From assembly GCA_035627515.1 (NCBI GenBank), contig DASPLQ010000012.1, positions 1,098,331-1,162,330 on the forward strand: DNA of 64,000 bases. Reading direction: 5' to 3'. The DNA is from Vitreimonas sp. (lineage in GTDB: Bacteria; Patescibacteriota; Microgenomatia; UBA1400; PJMF01). Positions 37,165 to 48,137 of the stretch are shown piece by piece. Position 1 is the stretch's first letter; each line of letters opens with the position of its first letter. Under the pieces are notes generated by a model that was given only the letters and a program-made list of their open reading frames with translations, was not told the DNA's origin and searched no databases. A program made the translations under genes and the position numbers.

Positions 37165-38129
37165 GGCCAGAGCATTTATCGTATTTCATCGCTCGGAAAA
37201 CTGGTTCACTCAAAGCCAGAACTGAGCGGGGTGGATTTCGAGCGGGGTTTAGAGCCCGGACACGAAAAGATGGTCGGACGGCGTCACATACCGAAACAAG
37301 CTGGCCGCCCGAAGCATTGCCCTATGTGAAGCAATCAATTCAGAAGTTACTGGAGAAATTCCACCCAAGCCCCAACGAGTACGATCTAGGTGGCCTTGAT
37401 AAATGGCGACGGTTATTGAGTGTCAAAAACATTCGCCCTGATTTTATTCGAGTGGCGGCTCTGAATGTGGGAGAAAAAGTCATCACCGTTGCTTTGGAAA
37501 ATCCTGAGTTGTTAATTCCTTATTTCTCGATGTTAAAACAAGGTGGTGGTGACGGGTTTGGCAATGGGATTGGTAGATTACATAGTTTAATAGAGCATAT
37601 ACAGGCGACCAGAGATCCCCATCTTTCTGATCGCGAGATCATACAGAATGTCCTCACTGAAAAATTTCCTGAGCTAATGAATTGGGATAATTTTATTGGG
37701 ACTCATGTGGTTCTTAATGACGCTAATGATGCTTATGAAGTTTTTTGTCTTGGTAGAGAAGTGGCAAGAGCGATTGAAAAAGGTGCGTTGTTGTATTGTT
37801 TACAACAAGGATTGCCACCCACGTTGGGGGTCAACTCTTTTCCTAATAAATATTTAATTGCAGGTGTGCAGAATAAGATTAAAGAATATCAGCCGCATCT
37901 TATCAACATGGTTAATGACAAGCTATTTCTTACGAGGATAGTTAGAGAACTATTCAGTGAATTAAAAATTGCCTATGGTTATCAAAATTATGCGGGTGTG
38001 TTGAAAATGAGTGCTGAGGAAGTACTGGCCGATGAGAAAAATAAAGATCACCAAGATCTGTGGGCGGCTGCTTTTTGGAATCTGTGTATTGAGCAAGCTT
38101 TGCTGACTACCGCTTCGCCCCATACCTAA
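37161..38129 (+). CDS. hypothetical protein
   Basis: 322-aa ORF; the Arg-rich N-terminal ~50 aa overlapping the ileS end may not be translated. Confidence 0.35.
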   Translation: MRPEHLSYFIARKTGSLKARTERGGFRAGFRARTRKDGRTASHTETSWPPEALPYVKQSIQKLLEKFHPSPNEYDLGGLDKWRRLLSVKNIRPDFIRVAALNVGEKVITVALENPELLIPYFSMLKQGGGDGFGNGIGRLHSLIEHIQATRDPHLSDREIIQNVLTEKFPELMNWDNFIGTHVVLNDANDAYEVFCLGREVARAIEKGALLYCLQQGLPPTLGVNSFPNKYLIAGVQNKIKEYQPHLINMVNDKLFLTRIVRELFSELKIAYGYQNYAGVLKMSAEEVLADEKNKDHQDLWAAAFWNLCIEQALLTTASPHT

Positions 38130-38142
38130 ATATAATACGTAC

Positions 38143-38982
38143 ATGAAGTTTCGATGGTTCTGGACAATACTCACAACTTTAACAGTGGTTTTTGTCTGTG
38201 CTGTCTATGTGCTACTGAGATTTCACCGCTATCGCACCGGCGATTTAGATTCTGTTTGCGATGCCCGGCCAGAAAATGCTTCAGTGGATGAATTAAGGTG
38301 GAACCAAGGTGTGTATCAGTTTTTCTCGATTTCAAATCAAGGCTTAGTATCTCAGCTTAGCAATCAAGAAGAAGCAACCGTTATCATTCCAGGTGAAGTT
38401 AAAACCTTTAGATTGGTTAAAGCTACCAACCAACTTGTCTATGTTCAGGGTCAAAAGTTATGGCTAAGTGATAATGAGGGAAAAAATAAAAGCGAGTTAT
38501 TGTCAATTCCTGGAGATAAAGAACTAGTAATTCACGGATTGAGCGAGGATGATCAAACACTATTAATTGGTTTTCAAAATAGTGATTTATCACAAGAACG
38601 TGATCCTTATAATGACGACTTACGTGTCATTAATTTACAAAAACGACAAGGTCAACAACGAGCTGGTCGTTTCCCTGAAGCAATTAATGAACTCGGAATT
38701 ATTCGAATTCCTTATCCGGTCAAAAGCACCAGTGATGATAAAAAGGCGAGTATTCAGTTAGTAGGCGGCTCATTTCAAATCAATAACAAGGAACTTTTTT
38801 ACTGCGGAGTAGTGAGGGGAACATTAGAGGCAAGCGGCCCGGCGTGTTATGACCATCAATGGTTACCTGACAATGAACATATTTTACTTGATTTATGTGG
38901 CCCAGTGATTGTTGAGCCAGCCACAGGTAAAATTGCGCGCCTAAATCGCAGCTGGGGAGTTGAGTGGCAAATGGTTAAGTAA
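38143..38982 (+). CDS. hypothetical membrane-anchored/secreted protein
   Basis: N-terminal TM (FWTILTTLTVVFVCAVYVLL). Confidence 0.4.
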   Translation: MKFRWFWTILTTLTVVFVCAVYVLLRFHRYRTGDLDSVCDARPENASVDELRWNQGVYQFFSISNQGLVSQLSNQEEATVIIPGEVKTFRLVKATNQLVYVQGQKLWLSDNEGKNKSELLSIPGDKELVIHGLSEDDQTLLIGFQNSDLSQERDPYNDDLRVINLQKRQGQQRAGRFPEAINELGIIRIPYPVKSTSDDKKASIQLVGGSFQINNKELFYCGVVRGTLEASGPACYDHQWLPDNEHILLDLCGPVIVEPATGKIARLNRSWGVEWQMVK

Positions 38983-38992
38983 GCAGTAAATT

Positions 38993-39334
38993 ATGATAAG
39001 AAAAACACTGATTGTGTTAGCAGTACTAGGGTTATTAGTACTTCCTCTAGTTTTATTTGAAATATGGGCGCGATGGTATAACCAAGCGATGCTTAAAAGA
39101 GTTGAAAGCTTTGCACATCAACTTGAAGCCTATCATCGGCAAACCGGCCAACTTCCTCATACATTACAGGAACTAGATTCAACGGCAGATCAAGAAATAA
39201 TTTATCAGCGAGATTTGGAAGAATACACTTACTTTCAGATTACTTTTGACACCAAAGGCTTAGAAAATAAAGCTAAAGGTTATAAGTACCATGCTGAGAC
39301 GGGCCTGAAGTACTTTAGCTTTAATTATTGGTGA
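38993..39334 (+). CDS. hypothetical small membrane-anchored protein
   Basis: N-terminal TM (LIVLAVLGLLVLPLVLF). Confidence 0.35.
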   Translation: MIRKTLIVLAVLGLLVLPLVLFEIWARWYNQAMLKRVESFAHQLEAYHRQTGQLPHTLQELDSTADQEIIYQRDLEEYTYFQITFDTKGLENKAKGYKYHAETGLKYFSFNYW

Positions 39335-39341
39335 GCTGAAC

Positions 39342-40139
39342 TCATTTAAAGCTTAACTTAGCAGGCAAAGGTGGCCGACCATCAAACATATTTTCAGGTC
39401 GGAACTCTCGGGGATTAACATTAAACTCAACTTTGATTTGGTTATTGCTTGAGAGGTGAGTTAAGGTTACTTCACGTTTGGTTTCATCAAGTTGAATAAA
39501 TTCGATCCGGACCGCCGCTAACTTAACTGTCATTTCTTGTGAGGTATCAAACTCGGAATCTATAATGGTTTGGTGAGATTGTTGATGATATAAACTGACT
39601 TGTGTTCTTAACTCGCCATGTTCTGCAGGTACCAAACTGCTACCTGGATGTTTTATCCTCGAGCTAGCAAAGAAGATAGATCTATAGGGTAAAGAACTTA
39701 ACGCGCCGGGCAAGGAGGAAACATGAAACTCAAAGACACTGGAAACTTTTATGACAGGACCATCTGTATGCGTTAAGGGATTTTCTTCAGGATAATAAAG
39801 AAAATCTGTTCGAATGAGCGGAAATAAATGGTTTTTTTGCAGGCCCTCAAAGTATGTGTGGTGGTGAAAACTTCTAATGAGGCCATTACTGGTGAAAATG
39901 AGTGTTCCAGCAGCTAATTGTTTATTAGCTTGCTGGTTAATAATCTGATGAGTATATAAATCTTTCTCAGGTTGAAAATTGGGATGACGAGCCAAACTCA
40001 AACTTGTGAGTGGCTCAGTAAATGGCTGACTCTGCCCTGAGTTTAACCAGTATTGGCGAGTTGCCTCAGGAATAAAGGTGGCCCATTCCAGTGAGTTAAA
40101 TGGTTGCTCTGGAAAGCGTTTAAGGTGTTCTTTGCCCAT
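39342..40139 (-). CDS. hypothetical protein
   Basis: 265-aa ORF on the minus strand. Confidence 0.4.
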   Translation of the reverse strand: MGKEHLKRFPEQPFNSLEWATFIPEATRQYWLNSGQSQPFTEPLTSLSLARHPNFQPEKDLYTHQIINQQANKQLAAGTLIFTSNGLIRSFHHHTYFEGLQKNHLFPLIRTDFLYYPEENPLTHTDGPVIKVSSVFEFHVSSLPGALSSLPYRSIFFASSRIKHPGSSLVPAEHGELRTQVSLYHQQSHQTIIDSEFDTSQEMTVKLAAVRIEFIQLDETKREVTLTHLSSNNQIKVEFNVNPREFRPENMFDGRPPLPAKLSFK

Positions 40140-40191
40140 ATATACTTATTAGTTCTGGTATAGTTAAGGGGCTTATTATATCAATACCTTC

Positions 40192-41256
40192 ATGAAAATC
40201 TGGTTTTTACCCGCTCTTTTATTAGTCTTATCCCTAATGAGCATTTTGACGCTCAAAAGTGTGGCGCCTACGTTAGCAACACAACAAGTAGTCTATTTTT
40301 TATTGGGTGGCGCGATTTTTTATGGGGTGGGACAAATTAAGTTTGAGAACTGGCTGCTGTTAGGTCCCATAGCCTACGTGGGAGTGTGTTTGTTACTGCT
40401 TGTGCCTTTAGCTCTCGGTACTACTACCCGGGGCATTGCTGGGTGGATTGATATTGGTACTCTATTTTCTATTCAACCTTCTCAGTTAGCAATTCCTGCA
40501 GTGACGCTGTGGATTGGTCAGTTACTAACCCAGTACTCATTAAAAAAACTTAATTACTTAGCGATTGTGCTAGGTTTAATTGGTTTACCGGCGGTATTAA
40601 TTTTGCTTGAACCTGATTTGGGTACGACCATTGTGTACTTAGCTAGTTTGGGAAGCTTAGTGTTTGCTAGTGATATTAAATGGTCATATTTAGTGGCTTT
40701 GGGCAGCATGGCAGTGATGGTGGCGGTGTTGAGTTGGGCGTTTGTGTTGGCAGATTACCAAAAAGATCGTATTACCTCATTTATCTCACCCACGGCTGAC
40801 ACTGATGCTAGTTATAATGCCCAGCAGGCAATGATTGCGGTAGGTTCAGGACAAATCTTAGGACGTGGATTAGGGCAGGGAGTACAATCACATTTGCGCT
40901 TTTTACCCGAGCGCCAAACTGACTTTATTTTTGCGTCTTTAGCCGAGGAATGGGGTTTGTTAGGGTCAAGTTTAGTAATCAGTTTATATGCGGCCTTGAG
41001 CAGTTTTTTGCTGTGGCTCAGTTGGCAAACCACTCACCCGGCAGCAAAATGGTACTGTTTAGCTGCAGCGGTGATGACTGCAGTACAATCAGGTATTAAT
41101 ATTGGTATGAATATGGGGTTGTTTCCCATTACGGGTATTACCTTGCCTTTACTTTCTTATGGCGGTAGTTCCATCTTAGCCCTTTGTGGTATGTACGGCA
41201 TCATTTGGTCGATCGCTCGTGAACGCACCACTCGGGTAGCTCGGCATTTTACCTAG
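40192..41256 (+). CDS. SEDS-family peptidoglycan polymerase (FtsW/RodA)
   Basis: ~10 TM helices; GRGLGQG and LPERQTDFIF SEDS signatures. Confidence 0.75.
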   Translation: MKIWFLPALLLVLSLMSILTLKSVAPTLATQQVVYFLLGGAIFYGVGQIKFENWLLLGPIAYVGVCLLLLVPLALGTTTRGIAGWIDIGTLFSIQPSQLAIPAVTLWIGQLLTQYSLKKLNYLAIVLGLIGLPAVLILLEPDLGTTIVYLASLGSLVFASDIKWSYLVALGSMAVMVAVLSWAFVLADYQKDRITSFISPTADTDASYNAQQAMIAVGSGQILGRGLGQGVQSHLRFLPERQTDFIFASLAEEWGLLGSSLVISLYAALSSFLLWLSWQTTHPAAKWYCLAAAVMTAVQSGINIGMNMGLFPITGITLPLLSYGGSSILALCGMYGIIWSIARERTTRVARHFT

Positions 41257-41303
41257 GTAAAAATGTGTTATAATCATCATTCGAAACAAAAGAGAAAGTT
41301 TGT

Positions 41304-41621
41304 ATGAAAAAGTACGCCATTATTCAAATTGCAGGAAAACAATATCGAGTTGCCGAGGGTGATATGGTCACTATTGACCGTTTGCCTCAAGCTCCAGATG
41401 AAAAAATCGTCGTTACCGACGTGTTAATGACTGGCAATGGTGATCAAATTTCTATTGGCTCACCTCTGGTAAGTAAAGCTTCTGTGACCTTGAAAGTAAC
41501 TGGTCAAAGCAGAGGCGATAAGATTCGTGTGGCAACCTACAAAGCTAAATCACGCTATCGGAAGGTTCGTGGCCACCGACAATCTCTCAGCACCGTCGAA
41601 GTGGTCAGTATCACTGCCTAA
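41304..41621 (+). CDS. rplU: 50S ribosomal protein L21
   Basis: MKKYAIIQIAGKQYRVAEGD canonical L21 N-terminus; 105 aa. Confidence 0.9.
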   Translation: MKKYAIIQIAGKQYRVAEGDMVTIDRLPQAPDEKIVVTDVLMTGNGDQISIGSPLVSKASVTLKVTGQSRGDKIRVATYKAKSRYRKVRGHRQSLSTVEVVSITA

Positions 41622-42835
41622 TGTCGACTTATTATTGTCTCCTCGGTAATACTCCTGATTTATCAGCAGCAGAAATTGCGGCCTTTTTTCCTGATGCACC
41701 TCAAGAGTTAATTTTGCCTCACATCCTTAAGTTAGAAATTGAAGGTGAACTCGATACTTCTGAGTTACTCTACTTTTTAGGAGGCACAGTCAAGTTACTT
41801 AAAGAACTTACTCCTCTAGAGATGGAGATAGCTCGAGATGAGGACAAACTGGCTGAGGCTCTGGCTGATCAATTCATGAGAGCAGTACCTGAAGGCAAAA
41901 TCACCTTTGGAATTGCTGAACATGGCCGAGATCATTTACCACGTTTAGAAGCTGCTTACATCAAGAGTTTGCTCCAGAAACAAGATGTAACCGCCAAATA
42001 TTATGAAGACTCTCGGACGGGTTTATCTGCTGCCATTTTGATTCATCATCCTAAAGTAGTTGAGCTTCACATTATCCAAACTGCTGAACAAGTAGTGATT
42101 GCTCGCACTGTAGCTGTACAAGATATTGAAGAGTGGACGTATCGTGATCGAGAAAAACCTTATTTTGATCGCAAAAAAGGCATGTTGCCACCCAAAGTGT
42201 CTCGGATGATGGCTAATATTGGTTTAGGGACATTATTGAAGCTGAGAGGCGACAAACAATCATTGCCTACCTCCAGTAATAAAACCCTCAACGGTCAATA
42301 TTTGCTCTATGATCCTTTTTGCGGTACAGGCACAGTCTTAGCAGAAGCACTGTTAACGGGTGCAAATGTAGTGGGTTCGGATAGTGATGCGGTCGCAGTA
42401 AAAGGAACGCAAGCTAACCTTCAATGGCTTGAGAAAAAATATGATGTAGAAGAGCGCTATAAGGTGTTTACGAGTGAAGTAGCCAATGTGCCACCCACTC
42501 AATTGCCCAGTAAAATCGATGTCATTGTCACCGAGCCGTTTTTAGGCAAGCCTACACCACGTCCTGTCGAGCTTCCTAATATTTTCAAAGGTTTGGAAAA
42601 ATTATACTGGGGTGCTTTTCGCAAATGGACACAGATATTACAAGCTCCCGCTGTGATTGTGATTATTTTTCCAGTCGTAGAAAGTGAAAAACACACCTTC
42701 ACTCTCGAGAACTTAATTGACAAGCTGGCTCCTCTTGGGTACACTATACTGTCTGAGCCAATTATTTATCGTCGGCCACAAGCTGTGGTTCAACGCCAAA
42801 TCTGTTTATTTAGCTTTAATCCGGTTCAAAAATAA
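41621..42835 (+). CDS. putative RNA methyltransferase (SAM-dependent, DPFCGTGT motif)
   Basis: Motif [27 protein letters not shown] and motif IV-like VTEPF; sits between rplU and rpmA. Confidence 0.45.
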   Translation: MSTYYCLLGNTPDLSAAEIAAFFPDAPQELILPHILKLEIEGELDTSELLYFLGGTVKLLKELTPLEMEIARDEDKLAEALADQFMRAVPEGKITFGIAEHGRDHLPRLEAAYIKSLLQKQDVTAKYYEDSRTGLSAAILIHHPKVVELHIIQTAEQVVIARTVAVQDIEEWTYRDREKPYFDRKKGMLPPKVSRMMANIGLGTLLKLRGDKQSLPTSSNKTLNGQYLLYDPFCGTGTVLAEALLTGANVVGSDSDAVAVKGTQANLQWLEKKYDVEERYKVFTSEVANVPPTQLPSKIDVIVTEPFLGKPTPRPVELPNIFKGLEKLYWGAFRKWTQILQAPAVIVIIFPVVESEKHTFTLENLIDKLAPLGYTILSEPIIYRRPQAVVQRQICLFSFNPVQK

Positions 42836-42849
42836 GCACATGGAGCTGT

Positions 42850-43107
42850 ATGTCAAAAGTCAAAGCATCAGGTAAAGTCAATCAACACCCACAAAGCCGC
42901 CGTCGCGGTAAACGTTTAGGTGTTAAAAAATTTGGTGGTGAAAAAGTCACTACCGGAAACATCATTTTGCGTCAACGTGGTGCCCAATACAAACCTGGCA
43001 AAGGTGTAGGGATGGGTAAAGACCAAACTATTTTTGCCATGATGGTTGGAGTAGTGAATTTTAGTAAACGTTTTGGTCGCACAGTGGTCAATGTTATCAA
43101 CTCATAA
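42850..43107 (+). CDS. rpmA: 50S ribosomal protein L27
   Basis: [23 protein letters not shown] canonical L27 core. Confidence 0.9.
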   Translation: MSKVKASGKVNQHPQSRRRGKRLGVKKFGGEKVTTGNIILRQRGAQYKPGKGVGMGKDQTIFAMMVGVVNFSKRFGRTVVNVINS

Positions 43108-43201
43108 CTCTCTTTAGAGTAGATTTTGAAATGAAACAACTCGGGGGAAACCCCGAGTTTTTGGTGGTGCAAAACTTTTCTCAGTGTGCTATACATGATG
43201 T

Positions 43202-44041
43202 ATGGCAGATAGCGTTCAATTTCTCTCCATTTCCTTAATACAACCCAACCCTTTTCAACCTCGGAGTACTTTCGACAAAGAAGCTATCGAGGAACTGAAA
43301 CAATCCATCGTAGCGTATGGTGTGCTTGAGCCTTTGGTAATTGCCCACACTCCAGCTGGCTATCAAATTATTGCCGGTGAACGGCGGTGGAGAGCGGCGC
43401 GTGAAGCTGGGTTAGAAGAAGTGCCTGTCATTATTAAAAAGACCACACCTAAAGGAATGTTAGAAATGGCATTGGTGGAAAACGTCCAGCGTGTGGACCT
43501 CCAACCTATGGAACGTGCACAGGCTTTTCGGCAGTTGATGCGCGATTTTGGCTTTACGATCTCACAATTAGCCAGCAAAATAGGTAAATCCTCTGCCTAT
43601 ATCAGTAATAGTATTCGTTTGCTCGATTTACCTGATGCTATCAAAGACGGTTTAGTAGGGAACATGATTACTGAAGGCCATGCCCGAGCCCTGGCTGGTA
43701 TTCCCGATGAAAAACAAATGATCGAGTGCTACAAGATTATTTTACGCGAAAGTGCGTCTGTGCGCCGTGCTGAAGAGTTGTCACGCCGCTTTCGTGAGAC
43801 ATCAGAAGACAAGTTATCAGAGAAAGGTCGACCAAAGCCTTTAAATGATGCTCAGCTCCGCCAATGGCAGAAGAAGTTTCAAGAGTTATTTCATGCTAAA
43901 ACACAGTTTAAATTAGTTCGCTCTACTCGACAAACTCGAGTTTCCTTTACGATGCGAGGAACGCCAGAAGAAACTCAGGCCGATCTAGAAAAGATTTTAG
44001 CCTTTGCTGAACTTTCGCCAGCCGAAGGTAATCAAGAATAA
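43202..44041 (+). CDS. parB: ParB-family chromosome partitioning / nucleoid occlusion protein
   Basis: IIAGERRWRAAREAG ParB box; HTH region. Confidence 0.8.
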   Translation: MADSVQFLSISLIQPNPFQPRSTFDKEAIEELKQSIVAYGVLEPLVIAHTPAGYQIIAGERRWRAAREAGLEEVPVIIKKTTPKGMLEMALVENVQRVDLQPMERAQAFRQLMRDFGFTISQLASKIGKSSAYISNSIRLLDLPDAIKDGLVGNMITEGHARALAGIPDEKQMIECYKIILRESASVRRAEELSRRFRETSEDKLSEKGRPKPLNDAQLRQWQKKFQELFHAKTQFKLVRSTRQTRVSFTMRGTPEETQADLEKILAFAELSPAEGNQE

Positions 44042-44113
44042 TCACAGTTATTTTCCCGACGTTATTAAGCAAGGATGTATTAGTATCCACTTTGATCAGT
44101 GGCAATGAGTGGT

Positions 44114-44698
44114 TTAATACTTTGCGGAGCGAATGATCTGAGCTTTACTGAAGGGCCAATAGCGGAAAAAAGCACGACCCACAATGTCAGTCTTACGAAT
44201 AGGTCCCCATGCACGAGAGTCACTGGAGTAGGTGCGATTATCACCGACCACAAAGTATTCATCGGGGCCTAAAGTGACAGTTTTATTTTTAGTATACGCA
44301 CCTGGAAGTGTTTGATAATCTGCGGGGATGTATGTCTCTTGAATAGGAGTACCGTTGACAATGATGTGGTTATTATCAACTTGGACGCTCTCTCCAGGAA
44401 CTGCCAAGACACGTTTGATAAAGTCACAGCCAGTCCCTTTAGGGCAGTTGGCTGTTTCTGGAGCGTGAAAGACCACGATATCTCCTCGTTGAGGATCGCG
44501 TAGGCGATAACTAATTTTGTCAGTTAACACATACTCACCGCTCAAAAAATAAGGCACCATTGATTGCCCGTTGACCTCATGTGGTTGCATAAAGAACAAA
44601 TAAACCACCAAAAAAATGGATAAAGCAATCACAATTGTCTCGATAATATCGAGGAAAAACTCGCCAATAGTTCTCAGCAAATAAGGCATAAAGATCAT
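44114..44698 (-). CDS. lepB: signal peptidase I
   Basis: N-terminal TM, GDNRTYSSDSRAWGP box E motif. Confidence 0.85.
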   Translation of the reverse strand: MIFMPYLLRTIGEFFLDIIETIVIALSIFLVVYLFFMQPHEVNGQSMVPYFLSGEYVLTDKISYRLRDPQRGDIVVFHAPETANCPKGTGCDFIKRVLAVPGESVQVDNNHIIVNGTPIQETYIPADYQTLPGAYTKNKTVTLGPDEYFVVGDNRTYSSDSRAWGPIRKTDIVGRAFFRYWPFSKAQIIRSAKY

Positions 44699-44713
44699 TA
44701 TCCTTTTTCCCTA

Positions 44714-45967
44714 GTGGCGATGCAACGGGCAAATGGGCATAATATGGACATGGGTTATACGCGTAACGTTGTGAGTGGTTTTAGTTGGCAAACGGTTTTG
44801 AAAATTGTGACCAATGTCATCACGTTGGTGAAGATCATGATTTTGGCACGGTTACTGGCTGTAGAAGAGTTTGGTTTGTTTTCACTGGTGATGATTGCAC
44901 TGGGCTTAACGGAGTCATTTACCCAAACCGGTGTCAACGTCACCATTATTCAATCAAAACATTCCATCGAGTACTTTATTGATACAGCTTGGGTGATTGC
45001 GATTGTCAGAGGTATGCTGATCGCGGTATTGACGTTAGTGCTGGGAGTAGGGATGAGTCATTTTTTCCAAAGCTCGGAACTACTCTTTTTAATAGGGCTC
45101 GTTTCCTTAGTACCTTTCATCAAAGGTTTTATTAATCCAGCCATTATTTCACCTTACAAGGAGTTAGCTTTTTTCAAAGATACTCTGTATCGTTTTTCGT
45201 TGTCACTCACGGACAGTATAGTATCTATTGTATTGGTGTGGATGGTAGGGACAGTGGCGGGGTGGGTGGCAGCCTTAGTTTTGACAGCTGTATTTGAAGT
45301 AGTGATCTCATTTGTTTTCTTTCGCCTTCGCCCACGTTTTCTCTATATCCCTAGCCGGGCTGCGCTGATTTATGCTAATGCCAAAAGTATTGCTACGGCT
45401 AGTGTCTTGAATTACTTAAATGATAATGCCGACAATTTATTGATTGGCAAAATGGCAGGAACATATGGGCTGGGTTTATATCAAAACACCTATGCTTTAT
45501 CTCATGAGCTTAATTATGAGGTGACCAAGTCAGCTCATCATGGCACGTTTCCGGTTTATACCAAGATTGTAGATGATAAGCTCAGATTGAGACGTGCTTT
45601 TCTCAAAACTCTACTTTTTACTACTTTCTTATCCTTGGCTCTCTCATCCCCGTTATTGTTTTTCCCTCAGTTTTTTATTCCCCTCATTTTTAGTGCTAAG
45701 TGGATCCCTGCGATTCCTTTAGTGCCTTGGTTGGTGATGGCAGGGTTAATCCATAGTTTCGCGCTGATGTGTTATGGACCATTAGTAGCTAAGAATCATC
45801 TTCTACCGGTAAATGTCCATTCCTTTCTAAGTTTTGTGTTCATGATTGGGGGTATCTGGTGGGGAGGACAGTACTGGGGGCTCGTAGGTAGTGTAATAGG
45901 ACTTTGCATCTCCCGGCTAATGGCGTTACCATATTTACTATGGAGTACGTGGCATGAAGTGGTATGA
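44714..45967 (+). CDS. polytopic membrane protein, oligosaccharide flippase (Wzx/MOP-like) candidate
   Basis: ~12 TM helices, 417 aa, upstream of GT/ligase genes. Confidence 0.4.
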   Translation: MAMQRANGHNMDMGYTRNVVSGFSWQTVLKIVTNVITLVKIMILARLLAVEEFGLFSLVMIALGLTESFTQTGVNVTIIQSKHSIEYFIDTAWVIAIVRGMLIAVLTLVLGVGMSHFFQSSELLFLIGLVSLVPFIKGFINPAIISPYKELAFFKDTLYRFSLSLTDSIVSIVLVWMVGTVAGWVAALVLTAVFEVVISFVFFRLRPRFLYIPSRAALIYANAKSIATASVLNYLNDNADNLLIGKMAGTYGLGLYQNTYALSHELNYEVTKSAHHGTFPVYTKIVDDKLRLRRAFLKTLLFTTFLSLALSSPLLFFPQFFIPLIFSAKWIPAIPLVPWLVMAGLIHSFALMCYGPLVAKNHLLPVNVHSFLSFVFMIGGIWWGGQYWGLVGSVIGLCISRLMALPYLLWSTWHEVV

Positions 45968-47436
45968 AAAACAGAGATTTTGATTGGTCACCAGCTAGTT
46001 TTCTAGGTTTAGCTAAACAATATTGGTTATTAGTTATCATCATGGTTTTGGCGACATGGGTGAGAGTGTGGCGGCTGGATACACATGCCATTTTCTTTGG
46101 CGATGCGGCTCGTGATTTACGCGTGGCGATTCAAGCCGTGGATAATCGCGAGATTCCTTTGTTGGGTATTCCCTCGAGTGTACCTCGCTTTAAACAAGGC
46201 CCTTTGAGTATTTGGTTTCAAATGGCTATCTATACAGTATTTGGGAATCATTTATTTATTTTTTCCCTGTTTTTTGCACTTATTAACTTGGCAGCATTAA
46301 TGGCCATTTATGAGTTTGCGACCATTCATTTCTCTCAGCGGGCTGGTTTAATAGCCGCCACCTTATATGCTTTTTCGCCCCTGACAATAGCTCAAGCTCG
46401 TATGCCCTATCATACTAATCCTATTCCACTGGCTCTGACCCTTTACTTGTTTGCCTTGGTTAATTTATGGCAAGGTAAAAAGTGGGGAATGTTACTTGCG
46501 GTACTAGGGTGGTGCTTAGTGTTTCAGTTTGAGTTGGCGGTGTTTCCATTAGTACTATTGATACCGTATGTAGTGTGGCGTCAGCAACAGAAAGTGACAA
46601 AGGGCTTGATCATTCAAGCTGGAGCAGGATTCTTTTTAGGATTGTTGCCTCAGTTACTCTATGACATAACACACAGTTTTGCTCAGCTGGGTGGATTTGG
46701 GGTATGGTTGGTTTATCGCAGTCTAAGTGCTTTACTCATTGGTGGCCGCCATGGCTTAGGACCAAGTAAATTAGCTGGCGCTTTAACTCATTTTTGGACC
46801 TATCTGCAACGCATCTTTAGTTTTGATCAACCATTCGTAACAGTGGCATTCTTAATTATCTTAGGCTTAGCACTGGTGTTTTGTTATCAACGTTGGCGCC
46901 GACACCACCTGGAACCAAGTGCCGAAATTGTCGCTATGGCTACCGGTTTATTAACTGTAGGTTATATTGTCCATGGATCACCTTCAGAGGCTTATTTTCC
47001 GCCTTATTTTATTTTATTACCCTTACTGATTAGTTATTATTTAATGCATTTTTCTGACAAGGTTCAGCGCTGGATAATACTTGGATTGGGAATATGGGCG
47101 GTCATGAATATTACTAGTCTTTTCACCCATAATTTTTTCGTGAGTACTCATCGAGCTTTTAATTATGGACCTGGTGTGGGTGAGCAGCGAGCCGTGGTAG
47201 AGTATCTGACTACTCAAGAAACAACGTTTTATTTTTCTACTACCCAAGATGGTGCACAATTTGAATCATATTTTGATAACTATCGATACTGGGTATCGCA
47301 ACTTCGCCATCAAGAACAAAAAAATGGCGGCAGTCCGGTCTATATTGAATCAAAAAATTCTCAATTAGCTAATTATCCAGGCATCAAGAAAATTGGCTTT
47401 AGAAGTGTGGACGTTTATCAATTGGAGTTGCCATGA
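45964..47436 (+). CDS. membrane glycosyltransferase, GT39/ArnT/PMT-like
   Basis: 490 aa, N-terminal multi-TM region with a large loop; overlaps neighbours. Confidence 0.4.
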   Translation: MKNRDFDWSPASFLGLAKQYWLLVIIMVLATWVRVWRLDTHAIFFGDAARDLRVAIQAVDNREIPLLGIPSSVPRFKQGPLSIWFQMAIYTVFGNHLFIFSLFFALINLAALMAIYEFATIHFSQRAGLIAATLYAFSPLTIAQARMPYHTNPIPLALTLYLFALVNLWQGKKWGMLLAVLGWCLVFQFELAVFPLVLLIPYVVWRQQQKVTKGLIIQAGAGFFLGLLPQLLYDITHSFAQLGGFGVWLVYRSLSALLIGGRHGLGPSKLAGALTHFWTYLQRIFSFDQPFVTVAFLIILGLALVFCYQRWRRHHLEPSAEIVAMATGLLTVGYIVHGSPSEAYFPPYFILLPLLISYYLMHFSDKVQRWIILGLGIWAVMNITSLFTHNFFVSTHRAFNYGPGVGEQRAVVEYLTTQETTFYFSTTQDGAQFESYFDNYRYWVSQLRHQEQKNGGSPVYIESKNSQLANYPGIKKIGFRSVDVYQLELP

Positions 47437-48137
47437 CATCTCACTTACTGCCGGTAACGGTAGTGGTGATCACCGATAGAAATGATGAGCGCCTTCAACG
47501 ATGTTTAGCTTCGGTATCGTGGGCAAAAGAGGTGCTAGTAGAAGACTACAGTGGCCAAAAAATTACTGATTTTAGCTTGGTTCGCAACTTGGTTTTACAA
47601 AAAGTTTCTCAACCATGGATTCTCTTTTTAGATAGTGACGAGTGGTTGGAAGACAAAGCGGCCACAGAAATTGCTCACGCTATCACCCAACCCTGCCAAG
47701 GCTTTTATTTACAACGTAAAGACATTTTTTTGAACAAAGTCATGAATTGGGGCGAAGTCAGAAATGTATGGTTATTAAGATTAGCTCGTCGGGGTGCAAT
47801 TCATTTTAAGCGTGCAGTTCATGAAGTTCCTCAGGTAGGTCCAGCTACCGCACGGTTAGAGTCACTTATTTATCACCACTCTCACCTTTCTCAAACGGAT
47901 TTTATGTCTAAGGTCAGCTACTATGCATCACTGGAAGCTAAACAACGTCCGCCACTGTCAAAATCGAGTTTACTACTGCAATTATTATTTTTCCCCCCTG
48001 GAAAGTTACTGTATAATTTGTTTATTAAATTAGGTTTTTTAGACGGTTGGCGGGGGATAGTTTACATCTGGATGATGAGTTTGCACTCGTTATTAGTGCG
48101 CGTTTATCAGTATGAGAACAAAACTGTGGCAAAGTGA
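47433..48137 (+). CDS. glycosyltransferase family 2
   Basis: VVVITDRNDE ... LDSDEWLED (DxD) GT-A signatures. Confidence 0.55.
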   Translation: MTSHLLPVTVVVITDRNDERLQRCLASVSWAKEVLVEDYSGQKITDFSLVRNLVLQKVSQPWILFLDSDEWLEDKAATEIAHAITQPCQGFYLQRKDIFLNKVMNWGEVRNVWLLRLARRGAIHFKRAVHEVPQVGPATARLESLIYHHSHLSQTDFMSKVSYYASLEAKQRPPLSKSSLLLQLLFFPPGKLLYNLFIKLGFLDGWRGIVYIWMMSLHSLLVRVYQYENKTVAK

